Origin: Rhodospirillaceae bacterium
GTDB taxonomy: Bacteria > Pseudomonadota > Alphaproteobacteria > SHVP01
Reading direction: 5' to 3'
DNA: 64,000 nt
Assembly: GCA_002722055.1 (NCBI GenBank)
Contig: PBKD01000011.1
Span: forward strand, 791-64,790
Shown: one piece after another, positions 1-9,134 of the stretch
Numbering within the stretch: the first letter of the stretch is position 1
Layout of the letters: every line of letters begins with the position of its first letter
Position numbers and translations under genes: made by a program
Notes under the pieces: generated by a model
The model's input: only the letters and a program-made list of their open reading frames with translations
Told to the model about the DNA's origin: nothing
Database searches by the model: none

Positions 1-1
1 T

Positions 2-661
2 GCGGTACCAGTACTAGTAACTGTTTTTGACCTTCCAACAGCTGTAGCTCTAATGATGATACCAATTTTAGCCTCTAACCTAATTCAAGCTTGGGAAGGA
101 AAAAATAAACAAATTAGCATTTCATCTTTTAAAAGATTTTTTCCACTTATCATAACACTAATTCCGTTTACGGTTTTTACAGCCCAATTTATATCAAAAA
201 TTGATATTAAATTAGGGTCATTATTCATGGGGATAATAGTAATAGTTTTCTCTTTATCTAATTTGATTGATAAAAATTTTACCATCCAACCTAAGATTGA
301 ACTAATTGCAAGCCCTTTTATAGGAATAGTTGCTGGTATTTTAGGAGGTATTTCAAGCTTAATTGGCCCCTTGATTGCAATGTATCTTATTGCTCTTAAA
401 CTTGAAAAAGATTTTTTTGTTATTACTATTGCAATAATTTTTTTATGTTTCTCAATAACATTTTACATAACTCTTACTATTTATGGAGTCATGAATTTCA
501 ACAACATTACAGGATCAATTTTAGCAACTATTCCAGTAATGTTTGGGGTGATTATTGGAAACAAAATTAGAAGCAAAGTTAATCAAAAAAAATTTAAAGT
601 ATTTTTGATATTTTTTTTGATAATCATTGGAATAAATTTAATTCGCAAAGGCCTTTTTTAG
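2..661 (+). CDS. TauE/SafE (sulfite exporter family) membrane protein, 5'-truncated by the window edge
   Basis: The frame is open from base 2 (AVPVLVTVFDLPTAVALMMIP...). Multiple hydrophobic helices and GILGGISSLIGP..AMYL are typical of TauE/DUF81. Confidence 0.75.
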   Translation, partial: AVPVLVTVFDLPTAVALMMIPILASNLIQAWEGKNKQISISSFKRFFPLIITLIPFTVFTAQFISKIDIKLGSLFMGIIVIVFSLSNLIDKNFTIQPKIELIASPFIGIVAGILGGISSLIGPLIAMYLIALKLEKDFFVITIAIIFLCFSITFYITLTIYGVMNFNNITGSILATIPVMFGVIIGNKIRSKVNQKKFKVFLIFFLIIIGINLIRKGLF

Positions 662-677
662 AAATCCTTTGTAAGAA

Positions 678-1547
678 TCAAATTTTATTAAAAAATATTA
701 ATAATTTTTCTACTAATAACCGACTGATTGAAGGTGAAATATTGTGGCCCATACCTTCAATTAAAATAAATTTAGAGTTTTTAACTTTTTCAGCAATATC
801 TATACCGCACTGATATGGAATTAGCGGGTCATCTTTACCGTGGATAACTAAACAAGGTAATTCAATTTTTGATAAAATATTTGATTGATCTCCCTCAGAT
901 TGATAAGCCAACCACTGTCTAATTACGCCTTTGGGATTATGACCTCTTAGGTAATTAACCTTTACAATTTGTTTAATATACTCATCTGACATAGGGTAAC
1001 GTGGGCTACCAATTATTTTTTGTTGCATTAACGATATTTCAATAAGTTCATCAATATTAAATTCATCCTTAGGTTTTTTCATTAATGCATCAATTGCCTC
1101 TTTTTTTCCAGAAGGAAGAGATGGGGCACCTGATGTACTCATAATTGAAGTTAAGCTTTTTATATTTTTATTTCCTATATTTGCAATTATATGCCCAACC
1201 ATTCCTCCCATAGACATCCCAACTAAATGTACTTTAGTCAGTTTTAATTTATTTATAAGTAATAAAGTATCATTTGCCATATCTGACAAAGAGTATGGCG
1301 GCGTAAAATCATCACCATTTAAAGATTTTGAAACTAATTTATTTAGTTCTAAATCTGAGATATCTCCATAAAAACTAGACTCACCAACATCTCTATTATC
1401 AAAACGAATTACTCTGTATTTATTATTTAATAATTCTTCACAAAAGTTATTAGGCCATACAGTTCGTTGAGTACCAAGGCCACCAATAAGTACAATTGTT
1501 TCCTCATAGTTTTGGCCAATATCATCGTATCCTAGTTCAAAAAGCAT
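678..1547 (-). CDS. Alpha/beta-fold hydrolase (esterase/lipase-like)
   Basis: Nucleophile elbow GMSMGG, RVIRFDNRDVGES, HGKDDP acid, GMGH catalytic His. Confidence 0.9.
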   Translation of the reverse strand: MLFELGYDDIGQNYEETIVLIGGLGTQRTVWPNNFCEELLNNKYRVIRFDNRDVGESSFYGDISDLELNKLVSKSLNGDDFTPPYSLSDMANDTLLLINKLKLTKVHLVGMSMGGMVGHIIANIGNKNIKSLTSIMSTSGAPSLPSGKKEAIDALMKKPKDEFNIDELIEISLMQQKIIGSPRYPMSDEYIKQIVKVNYLRGHNPKGVIRQWLAYQSEGDQSNILSKIELPCLVIHGKDDPLIPYQCGIDIAEKVKNSKFILIEGMGHNISPSISRLLVEKLLIFFNKI

Positions 1548-1642
1548 AACAAAAATTCACAAGAAAAAAATTTAACTATACTTTATTATAAAAATATTCA
1601 AAATAATATAAAATATAAATTTAATACACGCAGGAAATTATA

Positions 1643-2224
1643 ATGAACCTTAGAAACTTTGAGATTATTCCAGAAAAACTTTCTAAAGAAAGTTTTTCTA
1701 ATTACGGAGATGTATTAGAACCTAGCGGAGATAGTATAAATAACAAAGATTTTTTAAAACTTGGTTATGCAAATATGTCTGATAACGTACCTAGTGAAAG
1801 AGTTGAAAAATTTGACGTATTGGACTACTGGGGACAAATTGCGAACATTTCACAGGAACCAATGAGATTTGGGTTTCTTAGGCCAAGAAAAAGAGCTTTT
1901 GAAGTCTCTTGGCTTGAAAGACATGTGAAAGGAACACAAACTTTTATACCTCTAGGAGGCGAAAAATCAATAATTACAGTTGGTAAAGCTAATGAAAATG
2001 ATAACCCTGAAGCTTTACCAGATTTATCTACAGTTAAAGCCTTTCTCCTTGATGGAGATAAGGGAATAAACTTACATCCAGGAACCTGGCACTGGACACC
2101 TTTTCCAATTAATTCAAAGTGTGACTTCATAATTCTTGTAAGAACAAATGTGAAAGATGATGACCTAAATTTTGTTGACTTGGAAAGCAGACTTAAAACA
2201 TTTATTAAAATAAATATTAATTGA
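1643..2224 (+). CDS. Ureidoglycolate lyase (AllA)-family cupin
   Basis: LSKESFSNYGDV at the N-terminus, LERH..GTQTFIPL, G.NLHPGTWH motifs. Confidence 0.75.
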   Translation: MNLRNFEIIPEKLSKESFSNYGDVLEPSGDSINNKDFLKLGYANMSDNVPSERVEKFDVLDYWGQIANISQEPMRFGFLRPRKRAFEVSWLERHVKGTQTFIPLGGEKSIITVGKANENDNPEALPDLSTVKAFLLDGDKGINLHPGTWHWTPFPINSKCDFIILVRTNVKDDDLNFVDLESRLKTFIKININ

Positions 2225-2250
2225 AAATTTATTTATTTAAATTGACCTAA

Positions 2251-2301
2251 AATTATAGAGGGTAATATTTTAGTAAATCAAAATAGAATCTCTCTATAAT
2301 T
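2251..2301. terminator. 10-bp inverted repeat between convergent genes, possible bidirectional terminator
   Basis: AATTATAGAG (2251-2260) and CTCTATAATT (2292-2301) are reverse complements. The loop is long (31 nt) and the stem AT-rich, so support is weak. Confidence 0.3.
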
Positions 2302-2409
2302 AAATATTCATGATTACTTAGATTTTGCCATAGCTTCAGGTTTTAAATTAAATGGAATTGCGTCCACTTTATCTAACAACAAAATTTCCTGTTTTTTATA
2401 AAAATAATT

Positions 2410-3177
2410 TTAAATTGATTTACCAGCCTTCTTTAATTCATCCAAAAGAACAGGCATTCCAAATGTAAATGTATGCATTCCTAAAACACTTACTAATTGA
2501 TATACTTCTACTATTTCTTGAACTGTTGCTCCATATTTTAATGCATTTTGAATATGAATTCTTAAACCAGGTTCATAAAGGTGAGTTGTAGCCACATCGA
2601 TGGCAATATAAATAAACTCTTTAATCTTAGGCTCTAATTTACCTTTTTGCCAAGGAATTGAAGAAAAATTTAGGTAGGCCTCAAAAAAGTCCGGATCAAT
2701 ACATAATAAATCATCCCAAAAAGGAGCCCAGTAACCTCTATTTTCTCTAAACTTTTCCTTTAGCGCAACTTGTCGATCATCATAGCTTCGGTTAATTTCC
2801 GAGTCTCTTCCAGCTTTTTTTAATTCATCAAGCAAGACAGGCATACCCATAGTAAATGTATGAAGACCTAAAACACTGGTTAATTGATATACTTCAGTGA
2901 TTTCTTCAACAGTAGCTCCATATTTAAGAGCATTCTCGATATGAATTCTGAGACCAGGTTCGTATAAATGAGTTGTAGAAACATCAATAGCTATATACAT
3001 AAATTCTTTGATCTTTGGGTCTAAAGGACCTTTCTGCCATGGAATAGCTGAAAAATTTAAGTAGGCATTAAAAAAATCAGCATCGACTTTTAATAAACCA
3101 TCCCAAAAATCATTCCAATAGCCTCTTTTTTTTATAAAATCATCTTTTAATTTTAACTGCTCTTCAGTGAATTCCAT
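2410..3177 (-). CDS. Carboxymuconolactone decarboxylase/AhpD-fold protein with two tandem CMD domains
   Basis: Two copies of LDPKIKEF.YIAIDV.TTHLYEPGLRIHI.NALKYGAT..EI.EV; no CxxC. Confidence 0.85.
   Translation of the reverse strand: MEFTEEQLKLKDDFIKKRGYWNDFWDGLLKVDADFFNAYLNFSAIPWQKGPLDPKIKEFMYIAIDVSTTHLYEPGLRIHIENALKYGATVEEITEVYQLTSVLGLHTFTMGMPVLLDELKKAGRDSEINRSYDDRQVALKEKFRENRGYWAPFWDDLLCIDPDFFEAYLNFSSIPWQKGKLEPKIKEFIYIAIDVATTHLYEPGLRIHIQNALKYGATVQEIVEVYQLVSVLGMHTFTFGMPVLLDELKKAGKSI
2422..3159 (-). repeat. Intragenic tandem duplication (copies about 2809-3159 and 2422-2772)
   Basis: Residues 7-123 against 136-252 align without gaps; 25 mismatches over 117 positions by hand count (about 79% identity). 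Confidence 0.95.
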
Positions 3178-3209
3178 TTTATCCTCCGTTAATTTAATTA
3201 TATTTTATT

Positions 3210-3455
3210 CTACGTATCAATTTCAGCAATAATTTTACCAACTTCATGCTCAACTTCACCATCTGCATCATAAAGTATTTTTGTTAGAGTGCCATTTGAT
3301 GGAGATTCAATTTCAAAGTTGGCTTTATCAGCTTCAACTGTAGCAATAAGCTCTCCTTCTTGAACTTTTTCACCTTCTTTCTTATGCCATTCAGAAATCA
3401 TTACATTCTCAATCGTTAAACCTAACTTTGGGACTTTCAATTTAATTTTTGCCAT
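3210..3455 (-). CDS. Stand-alone lipoyl-carrier domain protein
   Basis: 81 aa; VPKLG..I....ISEW.KKEGEKV..GE.IATVE-ADK-A..EIESP..G.L.KI, with the lipoyl-Lys at K44. Confidence 0.92.
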   Translation of the reverse strand: MAKIKLKVPKLGLTIENVMISEWHKKEGEKVQEGELIATVEADKANFEIESPSNGTLTKILYDADGEVEHEVGKIIAEIDT

Positions 3456-3472
3456 TTTAATTCTCTCTTTAT

Positions 3473-4255
3473 TTAAACACCTTTAAAATTAGGCTGTCTT
3501 TTTTCTAAAAATGCTTTCATACCTTCTTTTTGATCTTCAGTAGAAAATAATTTAATAAATTCAGCTAATTCATATTCTAAGCCCATATTAATATCACCTT
3601 CAGAACCTTCGTTTATTGTTCGTTTTATAGCTGCAAGAGCTAAAGGTGCCTTTTTAGCTAAGCTCTCAGATAATTTTTTTGTTTCCTTATCAAGGTCTTC
3701 ATTTGAAACTGAAAAGTTTGCTAAACCGAGTTCAACTGCTTTTTTAGAAGAGATAAATTCTCCTAGCATCAATATTTCTTTCGCTTTTAACCTTCCCATA
3801 TGCCTTGTTAACCTAACAGCAGCTCCTGCACCAGGGAAGACACCAATATTTATTTCTGTTAAGCCAAACCTTGAATCGTTTGAACAAATAACAAAATCAC
3901 AGCAAACTGTTAGCTCAGTTCCCCCACCAGTTGCCCAACCATTAACAGATGCTATAACCGGCTTAGGCGAGCTTTCAACAGCATTAAAAAACTTTAACCA
4001 TTTTCTATTATATGGTTCTATAAAATCTGAAGAAGCATCAGCAAGCTCACTTATATCTGCACCTGCAGAAAAAGCTCTCTCTCCTGACCCTTTAATTACA
4101 ATTACCCTTACTTCTTTTGAATTATCAAACTCTTTAATTGCCTGGTAAGATTCGTCTAAACATTTTTCGTTAATTGCATTTAGTTTGTTTGGTCGGTTGA
4201 AAATTAAATAACCAACACCACTTCTAGTATCTGTAATTATTGTCTCAAAACTCAT
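3473..4255 (-). CDS. Enoyl-CoA hydratase (crotonase family)
   Basis: FSAGADI oxyanion motif, GGGTEL and GLTEINIG (both catalytic Glu present), C-terminal EGMKAFLEKRQPNFKG. Confidence 0.92.
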   Translation of the reverse strand: MSFETIITDTRSGVGYLIFNRPNKLNAINEKCLDESYQAIKEFDNSKEVRVIVIKGSGERAFSAGADISELADASSDFIEPYNRKWLKFFNAVESSPKPVIASVNGWATGGGTELTVCCDFVICSNDSRFGLTEINIGVFPGAGAAVRLTRHMGRLKAKEILMLGEFISSKKAVELGLANFSVSNEDLDKETKKLSESLAKKAPLALAAIKRTINEGSEGDINMGLEYELAEFIKLFSTEDQKEGMKAFLEKRQPNFKGV

Positions 4256-4268
4256 AATATTAAATCCT

Positions 4269-5252
4269 TTATTGAAACAATTTCAATATTTTACTCTCAA
4301 TTGAAACCTGAGATGGCCTGTAGATATTTTCTAAATTTGGTGAGAAAGGTGATGGTGTAAATGGAGGAGTAATTCTTAAGGGGTTTTTAAATAAAATTTT
4401 ACTATCATATTCAACAACTTTAGAAATTACTTCAGAAGCAACACTACAAGGGGACTGAGACTCTTGCACTACGCACAATGATCCAGTCTTTGAAACTGAT
4501 TTTATCACTGTCTCAATATCTAAAGGACTAATACTTCTTAGATCAATTACTTCAGCATTTATACCATTATTACTTTTTAACGATTCAGCAACTTTCATAA
4601 CGATAGGAGTCATTTGAGAAAATGTTACAATTGTAATGTCCTTACCTTCAATTTTAACATCTGCTTTCCCAAGCGGGATTAAATAATCTTTAGTATCTTG
4701 AGGTACATCTCCTGAGGTTCCTACTAATTGTTTGCCAAGAAAACAAATAACTGGATCATCATCCCTAATAGCGGTTTTAAACAGTCCTAAAAGATCCATA
4801 GGAGTTGATGGAGATATTACTTTTAATCCAGGAATATGCGCGAACCATGATTCTAAACATTGTGAATGTTGAGGGCCTGCAGCTAAACCACCTCCACTAA
4901 AAGTGTAAAGTACCAAAGGAACTTTTACTTGGCCACCAAGCATATATCTCAATTTTGCTGCTTGATTGACTAATCCATCCATACAAGCCGTTACAAAGTC
5001 TCCAAATCCTATTTCAATTACTGGACGCAAACCTGTTGCAGCTGCTCCTACAGCCATCGTTACAAAACCACCTTCTGCTATAGGTGTGTCTCTCACTCTA
5101 AGTTCACCAAATTCATTATACAACCCTCTCGTTTGAGAAAAAATACCTCCACTTTCTCCAACATCTTCTCCTATTAGAACAACATTTTCATCTCGCGACA
5201 TCTCCTCACGAATTGCTCTATTTAAAGCTAAAAAGTATTTTAATTTACTCAT
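4269..5252 (-). CDS. TPP-dependent 2-oxoacid/acetoin dehydrogenase E1 beta subunit
   Basis: GEDV..GG.F..T.GL...FG..RV.DTPIAE, AAK.RYM.GG, QHSQ.LE.WF.HIPGLKV, EVIDLRSISPLD. Confidence 0.92.
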   Translation of the reverse strand: MSKLKYFLALNRAIREEMSRDENVVLIGEDVGESGGIFSQTRGLYNEFGELRVRDTPIAEGGFVTMAVGAAATGLRPVIEIGFGDFVTACMDGLVNQAAKLRYMLGGQVKVPLVLYTFSGGGLAAGPQHSQCLESWFAHIPGLKVISPSTPMDLLGLFKTAIRDDDPVICFLGKQLVGTSGDVPQDTKDYLIPLGKADVKIEGKDITIVTFSQMTPIVMKVAESLKSNNGINAEVIDLRSISPLDIETVIKSVSKTGSLCVVQESQSPCSVASEVISKVVEYDSKILFKNPLRITPPFTPSPFSPNLENIYRPSQVSIESKILKLFQ

Positions 5253-5254
5253 AT

Positions 5255-6226
5255 TTAGAAATCTGACGCATATACGTCCTCCAATAAAATCTCAGCGGAT
5301 GGGTTTTTTGACTGCTCTGCAAATTTTATTGCTTCAATAATTTTTTTATCCACAATTTCTTTAATTTTATCAATTTCAGTTTCAGAAATAATTTTCTCTT
5401 TCTTAATAAAATCCTGAAACTTAATAATAGGATCATCCCAGTTTTTTTCATCAAGCTCACTGCTTGGTTTATACTTCTGAGGGTCACCTTCATAATGACC
5501 ATGCCAACGATTTGTTTTAGCTTCAATTAAAGTTGGGCCATTTCCATTTCTAGCCAACTTGACTGCCTCCAATACATTTGAATAAACATCAACCAAATTA
5601 TTTCCATCAATAGTAATACCTTTAAATCCATATCCTTTTGACCTATCAGAAATATTTTTAATTGGCACATGGACATCGAACGGGCTTAACTCAGCATACT
5701 TATTAGATTCACAGAAAAATATTACTGGCAACTTCCAAATTCCAGCAATATTCATAGCTTCGTGAACAGCACCAGAGCCTGATGCACCTTCTCCAAAAAA
5801 AGCTAGGACTACATTATCTAATTTTTTTGTTTGAAAAGATAGTGCTGCACCTATAGCTAAAGTAGTCGACTGACCCACAATTCCATTAGCACCAAGAATT
5901 CCTGCGTTTACATCAGCTATATGCATAGAACCGCCTCTCCCCTTGGAATAACCAGTTTCTTTTCCGTACAATTCTGACATCATTCTATTTAAGTCAGCAC
6001 CTTTTGCTATACAGTGACCATGCCCTCTATGTGTACTAGTTATAAAGTCAGATTCTTGCAAAGCCTGACAGGCCCCAACTGCGCAAGCTTCTTGGCCTAA
6101 GGAAAGATGTACAAATCCAGGAAGAACTCCTTCTTTATACAATCTAGAGGTATTTTCTTCAAATAACCTTACCTCCCATAACTTCTCTAACAAAGTCTTT
6201 GCCAATGTAGAATCTATTTTAGTCAA
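5255..6226 (-). CDS. TPP-dependent dehydrogenase E1 alpha subunit (AcoA/PdhA-like)
   Basis: HLSLGQEA, THRGHGH, GRGGSMH, TPP motif variant GEGA..24..SN, and RWHGHYEGDP loop. TTG start follows an AAGGT SD. Confidence 0.92.
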   Translation of the reverse strand: MTKIDSTLAKTLLEKLWEVRLFEENTSRLYKEGVLPGFVHLSLGQEACAVGACQALQESDFITSTHRGHGHCIAKGADLNRMMSELYGKETGYSKGRGGSMHIADVNAGILGANGIVGQSTTLAIGAALSFQTKKLDNVVLAFFGEGASGSGAVHEAMNIAGIWKLPVIFFCESNKYAELSPFDVHVPIKNISDRSKGYGFKGITIDGNNLVDVYSNVLEAVKLARNGNGPTLIEAKTNRWHGHYEGDPQKYKPSSELDEKNWDDPIIKFQDFIKKEKIISETEIDKIKEIVDKKIIEAIKFAEQSKNPSAEILLEDVYASDF

Positions 6227-6240
6227 TTGTTTACCTTAAA

Positions 6241-7830
6241 TTATGTCTTGTAATCTTTAATATCAAATATCTGTACATCAGAATCATCTTTCCTCAATAA
6301 GTATTTTTGAATTTTTTGATTAGGTGTCTTAGGCATTTCATCCCTAAACTCTATAAATTTTGGTATCCAGAATTTAGGCATTTGTTCCCTGCAGATATTC
6401 CATATTTCATCAGGAGTAATATTATTTCCCGGCTGAGGAATAATTACAACTTTTATTTCATCTTCTCCTAACTCTGAAGGCACTGCAACAGCCGCACATT
6501 CTAAAACTTTTGGACTAGAGTTAATCACTCGTTCAACCTCAAATGATGATATATTTTCTCCTCGCCTTCTAATAGAATCGTTCTTTCTATCTACAAAATA
6601 AAAAAAACCATCTTTATCAACCCTACCGTTATCGCCAGTATGGAACCATAAATTCTTAAAAGCTTTAAGACTTTCATTTGGCATTTGATAGTATTGACTC
6701 ATCATAGAGAAGGGTTGTTTTGGCCTTACAACAATTTCTCCAACTTCTCCTATAGAAGCTTCCTCATCTTTTTCATTAAAGACTGAAACTTCATACGAAT
6801 CTTGATTAGCCTTACCACAGGAACCTGTGGCAGGGTTAATTTCAAGAGGGGTATATGTAACTATTCCAGTCTCAGTTGCACCATAAACTTCAATAATCCT
6901 ACAATTAAACCTCTTTTCAAATTCCGCATTTCTTTGCCCTATATAAAAGTACTTTGCAGGCACGTCTTTATCACCTGGGTCCTCCGGCTGCTTAAGTAAA
7001 ATAGGTATCATAGAAAAAATACCATGAACATGTGTTGCATTGTAATGCTTTACATCGCTCCAAAAATTACTAGCAGAAAATTTTTCTACAAATGATATTT
7101 CATTTCCCATAATTATATTTGGCAACACACCTAACCATGATGCTATTGCATGAAATAAAGGAAGAGGCGTAAAAAGTCGATCAGCATAATTATAATCACA
7201 TGCTTTAATCCAATCCAAAGCAAATGTAATAACATGACAATTTGTTGCTAGAACCCCCTTTGAAGGGCCAGTGGTACCAGAGGTAAATGAAATTGCATGA
7301 GGGTCCGTATAATGCAAAGAGCTTTTGATATGATTATCTTTTGCATTCAACAATTCATCAAAGTGAATTCTAAGAAAGTTTTCATTTAAACTAGAAGTTC
7401 CATAAGGGTGATCTTTTCTCTCATGTTCTATTACATGTGTGATATTTGAGAGTTGGCCACTTACCTGATCAAGTCTAACTATATAATCTGAATCTAAAAT
7501 AATATGAGTTACGTCTGCTTTATTCAATTGGTATTGAAGAATATCACCTTTATAATCAGTATTTATTGGTACATATATACCACCTAGTTTTGAAACAGCT
7601 AACCAAGAAAAAATAAAAGCTGGAGAATTTCTTAACATTAAAGCAACTTTTGTACCCTTGGTAACACCCAAAGAACAAAGAAAATTTGCACATGAGTTTA
7701 CTTTATTATTGAGCTCTAAGTAGGTAATTGACCAATCACCTGAAGATGCAAATTTATTATCACCAAATTTTTCAACAGAACGGTCCAGCATACTATTTAT
7801 TGTACGTTCTTCAAGGCTATATGTATTCAT
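6241..7830 (-). CDS. ATP-dependent acyl-CoA ligase (CaiC-like AMP-binding enzyme)
   Basis: FTSGTTGPSKG, YGATETG, WFHTGD, RRRGENISS, TPNQKIQK. The ATG at 7830 is preferred over the TTG at 7851. Confidence 0.9.
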   Translation of the reverse strand: MNTYSLEERTINSMLDRSVEKFGDNKFASSGDWSITYLELNNKVNSCANFLCSLGVTKGTKVALMLRNSPAFIFSWLAVSKLGGIYVPINTDYKGDILQYQLNKADVTHIILDSDYIVRLDQVSGQLSNITHVIEHERKDHPYGTSSLNENFLRIHFDELLNAKDNHIKSSLHYTDPHAISFTSGTTGPSKGVLATNCHVITFALDWIKACDYNYADRLFTPLPLFHAIASWLGVLPNIIMGNEISFVEKFSASNFWSDVKHYNATHVHGIFSMIPILLKQPEDPGDKDVPAKYFYIGQRNAEFEKRFNCRIIEVYGATETGIVTYTPLEINPATGSCGKANQDSYEVSVFNEKDEEASIGEVGEIVVRPKQPFSMMSQYYQMPNESLKAFKNLWFHTGDNGRVDKDGFFYFVDRKNDSIRRRGENISSFEVERVINSSPKVLECAAVAVPSELGEDEIKVVIIPQPGNNITPDEIWNICREQMPKFWIPKFIEFRDEMPKTPNQKIQKYLLRKDDSDVQIFDIKDYKT

Positions 7831-7866
7831 AACTAAAAATCCAAAATCCAAATTTTATTGATCAAT

Positions 7867-9012
7867 CTAACAACCTAAACGTTTAGCAATAAAAAGTTTC
7901 ATTATTTCATTTGTACCTTCGCCTATCTCAAGCATTTTAGCCTCTCTGAAAAATCTGTTTACAGTATACTCTTGCATAAAACCATAACCGCCATGAATTT
8001 GAAATGCATCAAGCGACGCTTGTGTAGCAACATTTGTACAAAATAATTTTGTCATTGCAGCTTCGTTTTGGCATTCTTCCCCACTACTCTCTAGAAAAGC
8101 AGCATATAAGGTCATTCTCCTAGCAACCTCACAATTTGTTGCCATATCAGCCAGTTTTGCTTGAATTAGTTGATAGTTTGATATTGGTTTTCCAAATTGC
8201 TCTCTTTCTTTTGCATAAGCTAATGAATGATCAAGGCAACCCTGTATCAGTCCTGTAGAAATAGCACCAAAAGCTATTCTCCCAAGGTTTAGACCACTTA
8301 AAGCTATTCTTAAACCACTTCCAATTTCTCCAATAATATTTTCTGAAGGTATTCTACAGTCATCAAAAACTAACTCATTATTAGTCATGCCATGCCATGC
8401 CATCTTATTCCAGGACTGCCCCAGTTCAAAACCATCTACACCTTGGGGTATTGAGAAACTTGTAATTTCATTTTTTCCATTTTCTTTTTGACCGGTAACT
8501 GCCATAAGAACTAAGCCATCACTTATTGAAGTACCTGCATTACTAATAAATGTTTTTGTCCCATTAATTGACCAAACATTTCCTGACTTAACCGCTTTAG
8601 TTTTTATCCCTGCTGCATCAGAGCCTGCGCCAGGTTCAGTAAGTCCAAATGCACCTAACTTCTCACCTTTAGCATAAATAGGTAAATACTTAGATTTAAG
8701 TTCATCATGAGCAAATTTTAAATAAATATTACTTACTAAAATATGAACCTGCCAAATAAGAGCAAAAGTATTTGAAACTCTTGATACTTCTTCTAATGCC
8801 AGTATATAACTCAGAGTATCAAGCGCTGAACCGCCATATTTTTCAGGTAATAACATACCAGACATTCCCAACCCAGACCATTTTTCCCATAATTCATAAG
8901 GGAACTCATGAGTTTCATCCATTTTCTCTTGAGCAGGAACAATCTCATTATTTGTAAAATCTCTTACCATTTTTTGAATTTCCGTCTGTTCTGCTGTCAA
9001 TCGAAAATCCAT
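7867..9012 (-). CDS. Acyl-CoA dehydrogenase
   Basis: [52 protein letters not shown] (catalytic Glu). Confidence 0.95.
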   Translation of the reverse strand: MDFRLTAEQTEIQKMVRDFTNNEIVPAQEKMDETHEFPYELWEKWSGLGMSGMLLPEKYGGSALDTLSYILALEEVSRVSNTFALIWQVHILVSNIYLKFAHDELKSKYLPIYAKGEKLGAFGLTEPGAGSDAAGIKTKAVKSGNVWSINGTKTFISNAGTSISDGLVLMAVTGQKENGKNEITSFSIPQGVDGFELGQSWNKMAWHGMTNNELVFDDCRIPSENIIGEIGSGLRIALSGLNLGRIAFGAISTGLIQGCLDHSLAYAKEREQFGKPISNYQLIQAKLADMATNCEVARRMTLYAAFLESSGEECQNEAAMTKLFCTNVATQASLDAFQIHGGYGFMQEYTVNRFFREAKMLEIGEGTNEIMKLFIAKRLGC

Positions 9013-9134
9013 AACAACAACCTCCCTTAGATATATTATCAGAATAACTAAAAAATTTATTTATTTATCTTATTTATTACATAAAATATACTATTAGAAA
9101 TTAAAATTGAGAACAATTAATAATTATATTTATT

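Noticed and set aside
2410-3177. AhpD alkylhydroperoxidase annotation
   Set aside because: Neither repeat has the CxxC required for peroxidase or reductase activity.
4269-6226. Calling the E1 pair the housekeeping pyruvate dehydrogenase (pdhAB)
   Set aside because: The motifs are divergent (GEG...SN, EIGFGDF), there is no E2/E3, and the pair is embedded in an acyl-CoA operon; substrate unassigned.
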